This document shows positions 17,979 through 28,200 of a DNA stretch of 64,000 bases, one piece after another. The position numbers were made by a program, and so were the translations under genes. A model generated the notes under the pieces. The model did not search any database and was not told where the DNA came from. It was given only the letters and a program-made list of their open reading frames with translations. The DNA is taken from assembly GCA_050117845.1 (NCBI GenBank), contig JASFLY010000003.1, forward strand, positions 124,949 to 188,948, read 5' to 3'. Every line of letters begins with the position of its first letter. Within the stretch, counting starts at the first letter, position 1. Source of the DNA: Candidatus Zixiibacteriota bacterium (GTDB lineage: Bacteria > RBG-13-66-14 > B26-G2 > WVWN01).

Positions 17979-20900
17979 CTATTCTATCGGGAATTTTTCC
18001 TCCGGACTTATACCGTACTTTTTCATTTTGTACCTTAAGTTCGTTTCGGAAATCTCCAATTTACGGGCCGCGGCCGCTTTCACCCACCTCGCCTCCTCGA
18101 GCGCCTCGAGAATCATCTCGCGCTCCAGGTTGGCCAGAGACTCGTTCAGCGAGGAACTGCTCGTGCTACGGCCCGGCCTTCCCATTTTCCTCAGGTTAAC
18201 CGGGAGGGCATCGGGCTCGATAACGCGGCTCGACGTGGCCGTAAGGGCGTACCGTACGCAGTTTTCCAGTTCCCGCACGTTTCCGGGCCATTCGTACGCC
18301 GTCATTATCGCTACGGCCTCCGGTGAGAACCGGGGCCTGTCTTTCGCCTTCCCCTGGTAATATGTGGTCACGAAATGATTCAGGAGTTCCGGAATGTCCT
18401 CCCGGTGTTCCCGTAAAGGCGGACAACCGATAAGGAAGACGTTCAGACGGTAGAACAAGTCTTCCCGGAACTTGCCGCTGGCGATGGCCTCCGGCAAGTC
18501 GGCGTTGGTCGCGCTTACGACGCGGGCCTTCAACGGGATGGTTTGATGCGTGCGACTGCCGAGCCGGACGAACCTTTTCTCCTGGAGGACGCGGAGCAGC
18601 TTGGACTGGGTATTCATATCCATGGCCGCGACCTCATCCAGGAAGATAGTCCCGTCGCCGGCGCGTTCGAAGAGGCCGATCCTCTTGTCGACGCCGGTCG
18701 CCGTCCCCTTTTCGATCCCGAACAACTCGCTCTCCAGAAGCGCCTCCGGGATGGCCGCGCAGTTCACGCCGATGAACGGCGCGTCCGCGTTAGGGCTGAG
18801 CGTGTGGACCGTTCGGACGACGAGTTCCTTGCCGGTGCCCGACTCCCCGACGACGAGAACGTCGACGTTGGCCTGGGCCGCCGAAGCGACGGCGCCCCGC
18901 AATTCCTCCATGACCTGAGACGAACCGACGAGCAGGGGTTTGGCCGCTTCCTCCCGCGGCGCGATGCTTATGGTGGCGAAACTCTCCTCCGAGCGGCGAC
19001 GGCGCCGTTCGATTTCGTAGGCCGCGGCGCGCGCGAAGACCTGGGCGAAATTCAGGTCCTCCTCCGCGAAAAGGCTCTCGCGCTGAAGGCTGTCGAGGTA
19101 GACGACGCCCTGGAAGGCCCCGTCCCCCCCGGCGAGGGGGATACATATCAACGAACGGATTCCGTGGAGCTGGACGCTGGCGCTGTCCTTGAAACGGAAG
19201 TCCTCGGCGGCGTTGGGGCTGAACACGGCCTTCTTGGATTCGGCGACGTGGCCGATAATCGTCTTGCTTATAACGGACGCATCCTCGATGGTGGAGTCGT
19301 CGACGCCGGCGGTTCCCTTAATCCGCAGGACGTTGTTGTGCTCGTCCAGGAGGAAAATCACGCCGCGGTCGGCCTCCAGCCTTTCGGCCAGATACGACAG
19401 TATAAACTTCAGAAGATCGTCGAGGTCGGGCTGGTCGGACAGTTCCTTCAACCCGTCGGCCAGTTCCGCGAGTTTCTTCTCGCCTTCGTCGCTGTTGCGT
19501 TCCGCCATAAACAAGTTCCCTTCCAACTCGAATATTTTTACGCGGTACTTATTCACGCCAATCTCGCCGAATAGAGTCTTGGCCTTTTCGAGGTCGTTCC
19601 GCGCCTGCCTTATTATATCAACGTCTCCGGCCCCGCGTAAAGCCTTTAACTTCAATTCGGCTCGCGCCATGTAGCAGCGCCCGAGGAAATACTTGCTGCT
19701 CAGCGCCGTAAAAGTGGAGAGTGCCTGGTCGAGGTACGCTTCCCCGAGGTCGGCGTCGCCTCGTGCTCCCGAGAGCTCCCCCCGGGTAAGCAAAACCTTC
19801 GCGTGTTCCAATTTGTCCCCGGAGTCTTCCAGGTTCTTAAGACAGCGCGCCAATTCCTCCTCGGCCTCTTCGTAACGGCCGGCCAGGAATAGCACCCGGC
19901 CACGGAGGGAACGGGTATCGTCGACCTCCGTCCGGGCCCCTCGCTCCGTGAACGACTCCTCCGAACGTTTCAGGTGTTCCAACGCCTCGTCTAGTTCGCC
20001 GTTCTCGGCCGCGATTAGCGCCCGATAATAACTAGCGTACCCGGGGATCGCCCCGGCCAGGGACTCCTCGGCGTCCAACTCGTCCAGGTAGAACTCGGCC
20101 CGGCGGTACTCTCCGGCGCGTATCATGTTCGCCGCGGACCCGACGTAAATCGACGCCAGGAGTTCCGGATTGTCGATAAGTTTGCACTCCGCCTCGGCGG
20201 CCTCGAATTCCCGGGCGGCCCGTTTCACGTATCCCTGGTTGTGATATATCCGGGCCAGCCGGATGAGGGACGCGACCAGGGCGTAGCGGTCGTGGGCCCT
20301 CTTGGCCAGCTCGATGCTGCGCCGGGTCGCGTCTTCGGCCCGTTCCACGTCCGCCCTCCACAGCAGAACCTCGCCGGTCAGATTCAACGCGATGGAAGCC
20401 AGCCGGGGCTTGCCGGCCTCCTCGGCCAGTCGGGCCGTTTCGGCGAACGCGGCCAACGCGGCGTCGGCGTCGCCGGCGTAATAGGATATCGCGCCCTTGA
20501 CGTAATTCACGTACGCCACGAGGTCGGGACGGTCCACCGCCGCGGCCAATGCCTCCGCGTCTCGCGCCAGCGTTATCGCCCGGTCGAAATCCCGGTTGCG
20601 GAAGTAGGTCCAGGCCAGCAAGGCCTGTCGCAGAAACCTATCCCCCGCTTCCAACTCGTCGGGCGGGAGACCGTCCAGGTCCCGGGCCGGCGCTTCGAAG
20701 TCACCCAACACCAAACGTTCCCGCGAGAGTTGCAGCAGCGCTTTTCCGTAGCCGACCTGGCCGGGCTTCCGGCACCGCACCAGGGCGTCGTAGTAGCCGA
20801 GGGCCGAGGCGTGGTCCCCCATGGCGGAATAAGCCTCCGCCAAATCGGTGACCGCGTCCTCGTACGCCTCGCTGTACCAGTTGCCCTCGGTCGTCAGAGC

Positions 20901-22958
20901 CGCCTCCAGGAGTTCGACCGCGCGTTCGAAATCGTTCGTCCGGGCGGCGGCCCGGCCCGCCTCGAGGAGAGGGCCCCGGGCCTTGCGGCTCGACCCCATG
21001 CGGAGGTAGGCCCGGCCCTTCGCCTCCAGCGAATCGACGTCGCGGACGCCGTTTCGGTCCAGGAAGGCCACGACGCCGGCCGAGGCTTCCTCCAGATACT
21101 CCTCCCGAGCCCACTCCAGAACGTACTCCCTCACGGCGGCGTTCGCGAAGGAATACCCGGCGTCAGGCGTCTCCTCCTTGCTAATGACGCCCGCCTCCAC
21201 CAACCGGCCCAAGACGCCCCCGTCCTTAACCAACTCGCCCGGGAAATAATAGCCGTACGCCGCGGCCAGCGCCAGCGATTCCTTCTCGTTCTCCCCCAGG
21301 CGCTCGATAACGCCGACCAGATAGTCGTCCGGCGCCGGGCAGACGGTCGCGGTTTTCAGGCTGCCGTAATCGACGTGCCACCCGTCCAATCGGCGTATAA
21401 CCGTCTTCTCCGCGATAAGATGTTCTATAGTGCGGCGGAGGACGCCGGGGTTCCCTCGCGCCAGCCGCTTGACGTGGCGGGATAAAGCCGGGTCCACCTT
21501 GGGCACGCCGAGGGCGTATTCCAGATAACGCTCCGTCGTTTCTTCCGAGAAACCCTTTAATTCGAACTTCTTTACCGTTAACAACCCTTGCGGGCCGGCC
21601 AGGATTTTTTTCGTAAAGGCGCCGCCGGGCCGAGCGAGCGCGATTACGAACTTCACCCGGCCCCGGAACGGATAGTTCACGAGGCGCGTTACCGATTTCG
21701 CCGTTCCTCCGTCCTCCGCGTCGACGTTGTCGAGAGCCAGGACGGTCACGTCGTACTTCCCCGACGAGTCGTTCAGACTGCGGAGGACGTCGGCCTCGCC
21801 GGCGACGTCGTACGCCGGGGCCCCCATCAGGGCGGCCTCCAGCGAGCGCGAAATGCCGGTACCGTCGTAAGCCTCCGGGAAAGCGGCGCGGACGCGGACA
21901 CCGAGAACGCGACGCAACGCCCGTAATACGCCCTCGCCGGCGCCGCAGTCGACGTATAAAAAGGAACCCCGCTTTAACTGAGCGACCCGGCCTACTTCGC
22001 GCAAAAACGCCGTCTTCCCGACGCCCGCCGAACCCTCCACGATGAAGACCTCCGGCCCCTGATTATCGCCGGAAGGACGGAAAACGTCCGTCACCTCTTT
22101 CTCGTAACCGAAGAAACGGCCGGTCGCGAGGTCCGTTTCTATGCGCATCGTTTCGGGAAGAGGGATATCCTGAGCCCGGGCGAGTTCGGCCAGTTTCGTT
22201 ATGGCTTCGTACGCGGACGCGAACCGGTCCGCCGGATTGTGCTGGACCAACCGCGACGCGAAAACGTCCAATTCCGGGTAAACGTCCGGGGCGACCTCGC
22301 GCAAGCGTACGTAGTCGTACCTCGGCTTACGTTTGACCCGGGATATATCGTCGCCGGGCATGAACGGCAAGCGGCTTGTGATAACCCGGAAGAACAGGAT
22401 GCCGAACGAGTAAAGGTCGGACCGGGGATCGTCCATGACCCCCTGGAAGACCTCCGGCGCTATGTACTCCATGGTACCGGAGACGGGATAGCGGTCCTCA
22501 CCCTCGACCTGGCGGACAAGGCCGAAATCCCCCAGGATGAAGCGGCGCCGATCTTCAGCTTTGGCCTCGAAAACGTTACCCGGTTTCACGTCGCCGTGGA
22601 TTATGCCGCGCCGGTGGACGTAGTCGAGGGCGGACAATAGCTGCAGGGAGAAGTCGAAGAGGTATGGGAGGTTAATGTCCGGGCCGGCCTGGTCGAAGCG
22701 CCACCCGGCGTAATAATCCATCGTATAATAAATGAAATCCTGTTCTTCGCCGAAATCGTAAACGCGTACGATATTGGGATGGTCGAGGTACGTGAGGGTT
22801 TCGAACTCCCGTCTGAGAAGCTCGATGGGCCTTGCCCGGGATTTATCGACGGTTTTAATGGCGACGACCTTTTCCCGGCTACGGTCGAAGGCTTTTACCA
22901 CTTCCGACGTAGGAGTGCGGGCAATTTGTTCTATTATGTCGAACCTGTCGTCGAGCAT
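17979..22958 (-). CDS. multidomain regulator: Ser/Thr protein kinase-like + STAND/NACHT-type P-loop ATPase + TPR + GAF + sigma-54 interaction AAA+ domain + Fis-type HTH
   Basis: Kinase motifs VAIK, HGDVKPGN, DFG, APE (Gly-rich loop absent); Walker A VEGSAGVGKT; long TPR-like helical region; GAF (RGVIFLLD...GVVYLDS); EBP domain VLVVGESGTGKE, ESELFG, GAFTGA-variant GTATGV, C-terminal HTH. Confidence 0.85.
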   Translation of the reverse strand: MLDDRFDIIEQIARTPTSEVVKAFDRSREKVVAIKTVDKSRARPIELLRREFETLTYLDHPNIVRVYDFGEEQDFIYYTMDYYAGWRFDQAGPDINLPYLFDFSLQLLSALDYVHRRGIIHGDVKPGNVFEAKAEDRRRFILGDFGLVRQVEGEDRYPVSGTMEYIAPEVFQGVMDDPRSDLYSFGILFFRVITSRLPFMPGDDISRVKRKPRYDYVRLREVAPDVYPELDVFASRLVQHNPADRFASAYEAITKLAELARAQDIPLPETMRIETDLATGRFFGYEKEVTDVFRPSGDNQGPEVFIVEGSAGVGKTAFLREVGRVAQLKRGSFLYVDCGAGEGVLRALRRVLGVRVRAAFPEAYDGTGISRSLEAALMGAPAYDVAGEADVLRSLNDSSGKYDVTVLALDNVDAEDGGTAKSVTRLVNYPFRGRVKFVIALARPGGAFTKKILAGPQGLLTVKKFELKGFSEETTERYLEYALGVPKVDPALSRHVKRLARGNPGVLRRTIEHLIAEKTVIRRLDGWHVDYGSLKTATVCPAPDDYLVGVIERLGENEKESLALAAAYGYYFPGELVKDGGVLGRLVEAGVISKEETPDAGYSFANAAVREYVLEWAREEYLEEASAGVVAFLDRNGVRDVDSLEAKGRAYLRMGSSRKARGPLLEAGRAAARTNDFERAVELLEAALTTEGNWYSEAYEDAVTDLAEAYSAMGDHASALGYYDALVRCRKPGQVGYGKALLQLSRERLVLGDFEAPARDLDGLPPDELEAGDRFLRQALLAWTYFRNRDFDRAITLARDAEALAAAVDRPDLVAYVNYVKGAISYYAGDADAALAAFAETARLAEEAGKPRLASIALNLTGEVLLWRADVERAEDATRRSIELAKRAHDRYALVASLIRLARIYHNQGYVKRAAREFEAAEAECKLIDNPELLASIYVGSAANMIRAGEYRRAEFYLDELDAEESLAGAIPGYASYYRALIAAENGELDEALEHLKRSEESFTERGARTEVDDTRSLRGRVLFLAGRYEEAEEELARCLKNLEDSGDKLEHAKVLLTRGELSGARGDADLGEAYLDQALSTFTALSSKYFLGRCYMARAELKLKALRGAGDVDIIRQARNDLEKAKTLFGEIGVNKYRVKIFELEGNLFMAERNSDEGEKKLAELADGLKELSDQPDLDDLLKFILSYLAERLEADRGVIFLLDEHNNVLRIKGTAGVDDSTIEDASVISKTIIGHVAESKKAVFSPNAAEDFRFKDSASVQLHGIRSLICIPLAGGDGAFQGVVYLDSLQRESLFAEEDLNFAQVFARAAAYEIERRRRRSEESFATISIAPREEAAKPLLVGSSQVMEELRGAVASAAQANVDVLVVGESGTGKELVVRTVHTLSPNADAPFIGVNCAAIPEALLESELFGIEKGTATGVDKRIGLFERAGDGTIFLDEVAAMDMNTQSKLLRVLQEKRFVRLGSRTHQTIPLKARVVSATNADLPEAIASGKFREDLFYRLNVFLIGCPPLREHREDIPELLNHFVTTYYQGKAKDRPRFSPEAVAIMTAYEWPGNVRELENCVRYALTATSSRVIEPDALPVNLRKMGRPGRSTSSSSLNESLANLEREMILEALEEARWVKAAAARKLEISETNLRYKMKKYGISPEEKFPIE

Positions 22959-23836
22959 GGATTCCCGGTATCACAGGGTTAAGTTAACTTCGCCTGGCGT
23001 TCGGGTTATCTTACGATATTATTTTCCACTTTAATAATATATAATTTTACATAGCGCCGTCAAGGTTTTTACGCTCGTAAGCTTGGCAATAGAACGCTTT
23101 TATCTTCCGGCACTTACGACACGCGGCAGCGCCGCGGGCTCCCGATCCCGGCCTAACTCGCCGGGGCCTTCGTGAGCCGCAACCGAGGCGTTCCCATCGA
23201 AAGCTCCTCTTAGTTCAAACCGTATCATCAATACTCCTACCCTAATATATACGCGAATTCGGACCATCCGTTGCCGGAGCGCCGGAACGGATATTACGTA
23301 ATCCCCCGTTGCCTATTATAATCATTCCCGGCGTAGGCCGTAAGTGCTTAATTATCAATAGCATAGCTAGTATCGACGACAAGGGCTCCCGGGGCTAAAA
23401 TGGCCGCCGCCGCGCCAAGGTGTCACTGGACTTAATAAAAAGGCCGAGAAGCGCCGCCGATCCGGAATCTACCCGCCGCAACGCTGAACCGCTCTAACCG
23501 GATTCGCGGCAATCGCCTTTTCCCAACAGACTGTAACCTTACTTTATTGAAAATCGTCAAGTCATCGAACGCGGCGGCCTTCGTCGGAAATATAATGAAA
23601 ACTGGTATAAGAACTGAGTATTTTTATAACGGCCCTATGTCATAAATTGACATACTAGTAATATAATTATTGTACGAGAATTGGACGAGCCATAACTCTT
23701 TATGCTATAATAAATAATGGACAATTAAGTCGGCGAGGTATGACAAGATAAAACTTAGGTTAATCCTTTTTTGTAATGATGGGTTATACCCATAGGGAGG
23801 CTTGGTCTAACCGACTAAGTTAAAAGGACGGTATCT

Positions 23837-24829
23837 ATGTCCGTAAAGCGTGCGGAACGGCTCTTTCATATGATAAGTATATTAAGGACGGGACGGGGAT
23901 ATACCGGGGCCGAGTTGGCCGACGTCATGGGCGTTTCCCAACGGACGGTTTACCGAGACGTCGTCGACCTGTCGGGACTGGTGCCCATATATTACGACGA
24001 CGGGTACCGGCTCCTGTCCGATACTTTCCTGGCCAACCTCACTTTCACGCGCGAAGAATTGGTGGCCCTCAAGCTGGGCGTACAGATGCAGGCGCTGGCC
24101 GAAGCCTCTCACCTCGGCGCCGCGACCCAATCCGTCCTCGCGAAAATCGACGAACAGCTGGAACGCCGGTTCCAGGGCGAGGCGGACGACGGCGACGTAA
24201 TATCGGTCCACGTGAAGGCTCACCCGATGGGAGAGAAGACGGTGCGGGTCCTACGAGACCTGGAGGACGCGGTACGGCGCCGCCTGACCGTCGAATTCTC
24301 CTATTACACGCTCAGCCGAAACGAGAAGACCAAACGGACGGTCGACCCGTACGGCCTGACGTTCCGACGCCATAGCTGGTACCTGGTGGGCTATTGCCAC
24401 CTTCGCCACCAGGCGCGCGTATTCCGTCTCGATCGGATCTCCTCCGTTGCGGCCACGTCACACAAATTCGAACGGCCCAAGGACTTTTCGCTGGAAGAGT
24501 TCTTCGCCGATACCTGGGAGGTATTCGCCTCCGGCCCTCTGGCCGACGTCGCGTTGCGCTTTTCCCGGCACGCGGAATTCATCGCCCGGCCCACGCTGGG
24601 AGGCCGCGGCGAGTTCAACCTTGAACGAAAAAGCAATAAAATAGTATTTCGCGGAGAAGTCCCTGTAACGGACGAATTCGTACGTTGGCTTCTGACGCTT
24701 GGAGAGAACGTCGAGGTCCTCGAGCCGGCCGAACTCCGCGACAGGGTAGCTTCCCGCCATCGCTCCGCAGCCGAACTCTACGAGCCTATCGTCGCGGAGG
24801 CGGGTTCGCGAGGGATAAACACCGGGTAG
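23837..24829 (+). CDS. WYL-domain transcriptional regulator (HTH + WYL)
   Basis: AAAAGGACGG RBS; N-terminal HTH (YTGAELADVMGVSQRTVYRDV); WYL signature HSWYLVGYCHLRHQARVFRLDRI. Confidence 0.8.
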   Translation: MSVKRAERLFHMISILRTGRGYTGAELADVMGVSQRTVYRDVVDLSGLVPIYYDDGYRLLSDTFLANLTFTREELVALKLGVQMQALAEASHLGAATQSVLAKIDEQLERRFQGEADDGDVISVHVKAHPMGEKTVRVLRDLEDAVRRRLTVEFSYYTLSRNEKTKRTVDPYGLTFRRHSWYLVGYCHLRHQARVFRLDRISSVAATSHKFERPKDFSLEEFFADTWEVFASGPLADVALRFSRHAEFIARPTLGGRGEFNLERKSNKIVFRGEVPVTDEFVRWLLTLGENVEVLEPAELRDRVASRHRSAAELYEPIVAEAGSRGINTG

Positions 24830-24945
24830 GAGGCCGCTTCCCCGTCCCCGGGACGGGGCTGTTTAAGCAGGCGCGCCGCACTTTTCGGGGGATTATCGTC
24901 CGAATGCTCGAGCGACACGGGTACGTCGTAAAAAATAAGGCGGGC

Positions 24946-24966
24946 AACGAGCGCGCCTCGTTTTAC
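24946..24966 (+). terminator. weak terminator-like hairpin downstream of WYL gene
   Basis: AACGAG-CGCGC-CTCGTT followed by TTTTA; short stem. Confidence 0.3.
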
Positions 24967-25185
24967 GTTATCGATATTGTCCGTTTCCCTTCCGTTTTCC
25001 AAACCCTTACTAACGTCAAAGGCTTGTCCGAAGCCGTTACCAGGGCCGCCCCGTCGGCGTTCCACCGTACGACCGGGCGGACCGTATTGTAGCGCCGTTC
25101 CCCGAAAGCGGAACGGGCCGGCGAATAGGGCGGACGTAAGTCGCGCCCGACAATTTAAGATAGAAATTTGACAAGCGTAATGGGG

Positions 25186-25212
25186 GCCCGGGGATTACGG
25201 TCCGGGCTTTTT
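25186..25212 (+). promoter_or_regulatory. terminator/attenuator-like hairpin in the 5' leader of the RT-sensor gene
   Basis: GCCCGG-N10-CCGGGC + TTTTT ending 3 nt before the GAGGAGG RBS (25216-25222) and ATG 25231; a third CCCGGG at 25224-25229 allows alternative pairing over the RBS; TTGACA hexamer at 25168-25173. Confidence 0.4.
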
Positions 25213-25230
25213 CCCGAGGAGGTCCCGGGA

Positions 25231-28200
25231 ATGGACTTTTGTTCGGCGGACGACCTGGCGGCGGCGTGGCCCTACGCCCGTCGGGATGCCGCGGACAATT
25301 TCGTCTTCGACGTTATCGATTATGAAGACGTCAAACATAACCTGCCGCATATAATCCGGCGGCTCGAGCGCGAACTCCGGACGGACCAGTATAAACCGGC
25401 CCCCCTTCTGTCCGTCGATATACCGAAAAGGCCCTACACCATCCGCCCGGGCGCAGTCGTCTCTTTAATCGATTTAATCGTACTTTACGCCCTGGTCAGG
25501 AAAATAGCGCCGGCCCTCGACGCGAAATTATCGCCCGGCGTATTCTCCTACCGTTGGGTCCCCGAGGGAAAAAAGCCCAAGTGGTCCATCTTCTCGGAAT
25601 CGACCCAGGACGAATGCGGCATCGACGAAATCCTCCCCGCCGCGCCGTTCGCTCCGTACCCTCCTTTCGACGAGGCCGCGCCGGCGGGATGGTTCCGGGG
25701 GTGGATAGAATATCACGAGCGCGCGAAAGATTCCGCCGCCCGCTATAATTATTGCGCCGTCGGCGACGTTACAGCCTATTTCGAAAACGTCGCCGTGACG
25801 TCGCTCTTCAACCGTATAGGGGACCTCCTCGGCCCGGAGCACTCGGAAGCCCTCACCCGCCTCCGCCGCTTCTACGAGTATTGGGCCTGGCATCCAGCCG
25901 GTACGACCACGCGCGGCGAAGTCCTCCCCCAGGGCAACGATATATCGCTCTTCCTCTCGAATTTCTATCTGACGAAACTCGACGAGGCCATGGCGGCCGA
26001 AGTCCAGAACGACCCCCGCCGGTACTTTCGCTACGTCGACGACATCTGCGTCTTCACCGATACCCAGGAGCAGGCCCACCACTCCCTCCTCACCGGCGAC
26101 CGGGTGCTGCGCGATCTGGGGCTGAACCTTAATACGGAGAAGACCGGGATCGTTCCCACATCCCGCCTCTTCGACCGGGACGTGGAGCGCTGGCTCGAGG
26201 ACATGTCGCCCGTTACGGCCAACGCCGCCGAGAACGCCCGTGACTTCTTTAAGAACCGCTTCGACGCCGACGACGTCGAGAAGTGGGAACGCGCTTACCT
26301 GCGGGCCTTAACGACTCTCCAAAGAGCCGGCGACTGTTCGGTCGCCCCCGCCGCCCTTCAGGTTTTCCTGGAGAACCCCACGTACAAACTGCTGGTTAAA
26401 AATTTCGATTACCTTAGCTTCTTCGCGGAGCGTTTCCGATTCGGCGACGACGTCGCCCGCCGGATCACCGAGGGAACGTTCAACTTTCCATTCCACAAAC
26501 ACTACCTTTACCGCCTGGCTGCTTACTGCCGGCAGAACTCCCCTTCTCTCCGCGAGCAAGCTCTGGAAGAAGCCCGCGGCGACGCCGAATGGTACGTCCG
26601 AATCGCCGCGTTATACTGCCTGAACACGTTCAACCTTTCGCCCGACGAACTCGACGCCGTCGAGGAACTGGCGGGCAGCGAGGCCCACCCGCAAGTGGCC
26701 CGCGCCGCGCTCGTCGTTTTGCGACAACGGCCGGCCGACGAGGTCGCCTCGGCCGAGGATCATTTCCTCTTTACCACCGCGCCCGGCCAGGAGAACCTAC
26801 GCGAATATTTCTTCCGCCTCACGACCGAAGAGGAATTGGCGCGTGCCGTCCTCGAGCGGATCCGGAACCAGGAGGTGGCCTCGCGCGCTTTCCTGAACCG
26901 CCTCCACCAACTGGACCTCCTCAAGGGCAATCCCGCCGTCCGCGAGGAATACGGCCGGATCCTCGAACAAAAGATAGACGAATGCGACCCGGCCTGGACC
27001 CGCCTCTATAGCCGCCTCCGGCGCATCGCCGAACTGGCGTCGGTAAGTGCGTTGCGCGTTCGAAAAGCGCGCAAAATCGCCCGGGCGCAAGGCCACCTTC
27101 AAACCCTGCTGCGAAGCTCGCGCGAGGCCGTCCTTATAACCGGCCCGGGAGGAGACGTCCAGGTCTGGAACGACGCCGTGAACAAACTCCTCGGTTACGG
27201 CCGCCGCGAGGTCCGCGGGAAAGACGTGACCGACATCTTGCCTTCCCCCGGCGGCTTCGCGTCCGCGGACGAACTCACGGCATACGTCGCCGAGAACGGC
27301 GGATGGCTCGTCGAGGAGGCAACCCTTTACGAGCGGCCGGACGGCGCGCTGATTGACATTTCCACCACCTATTCCGTTATCACGGATCCCATTACGGGCG
27401 AGCCGGTCGGCCTCCTTATCCTTGTACGCGACGCGACCGCCGAAGTACGGGCCGCCCGCATCGAACAGGTACAAATCGCCACCGAACAAACCCTGGCCGA
27501 CGCCACGGTCCGGCTTGTCTCGCCGGAAGACCTGGACGCCGCCATTGAGCACACCCTGCGAGAGACGGCGGACGTGCTGAACGCGCAACGGGCCACCGTT
27601 TTCCGTTTCAGGGAAGGAACACTCGTCCTCGATGTAACCCACGAATGGTGCGCGCCCGGCGTCCCTTCGACCCGCGACTCCGGAGGAAAACTGGACCTCG
27701 GCGAACTCCCGGACGTCCGCGAGCGCTTGCATTCCGAGCGCGTCCTTTCGATATCGAACCTCTCCACTCCCAGCGCCGGGAGTCAACGGGTGATGAAGGA
27801 ACGGGGTGTCAAAGCGGCCCTCGTCGTCCCGTTCTATATTTCCGACGAGATGACCGGCCTAATAGCGTGCACCGATACGACCCGGCCTCGCGACTGGGCG
27901 TACGGCGAGGCCAATCTCCTCTTCGCCGTAACGGCGCTTATCTCGAAAGCTCTGGCGCGCCGGGAAGCGGAGGAGGAAAAGCTGGTGAGCGAGGTCCGCT
28001 ACCGGGCCGTCGTCGAAGACCAAACGGAGCTGATATGCAGATGGCGGCCCGACGGGACCCTTACCTTCGTTAACGAGGCTTACGGCCGGTATTTCGGGAA
28101 ATCGCCCGGCGAACTGGTGGGCCGGAGTTTCATCCATTTTATCTCGGAGGAGGATCGCGAAACCGTCGAGGCCGAATTCGCGTCTCTGGGTCCGGACAAA

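Noticed and set aside
18543-21485. Plus-strand ORFs of 343 aa (18543-19574) and 414 aa (20241-21485) antisense to the kinase/sigma-54-activator gene
   Set aside because: No motifs, skewed composition; the minus-strand frame carries continuous kinase, P-loop, TPR, GAF and EBP motifs.
23083-23097. TTGGCA-N7-GC sigma-54-like element in the AT-rich island
   Set aside because: GG to GC spacing is one nucleotide short of the strict sigma-54 requirement.
25168-25230. ORF-track TTG start giving a 21-aa N-terminal extension of the RT-sensor protein
   Set aside because: A strong GAGGAGG RBS sits 8 nt upstream of the in-frame ATG at 25231, and the extension would be translated through a terminator-like hairpin; alignment with the RT-like paralog also favours the shorter N-terminus.
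25231-26300. RT domain as part of a group II intron, retron or diversity-generating retroelement
   Set aside because: No maturase/endonuclease domain, no obvious intron RNA or paired template/variable repeats; the RT is fused in-frame to sensor domains. A retron-like upstream RNA cannot be excluded and is listed as a finding.
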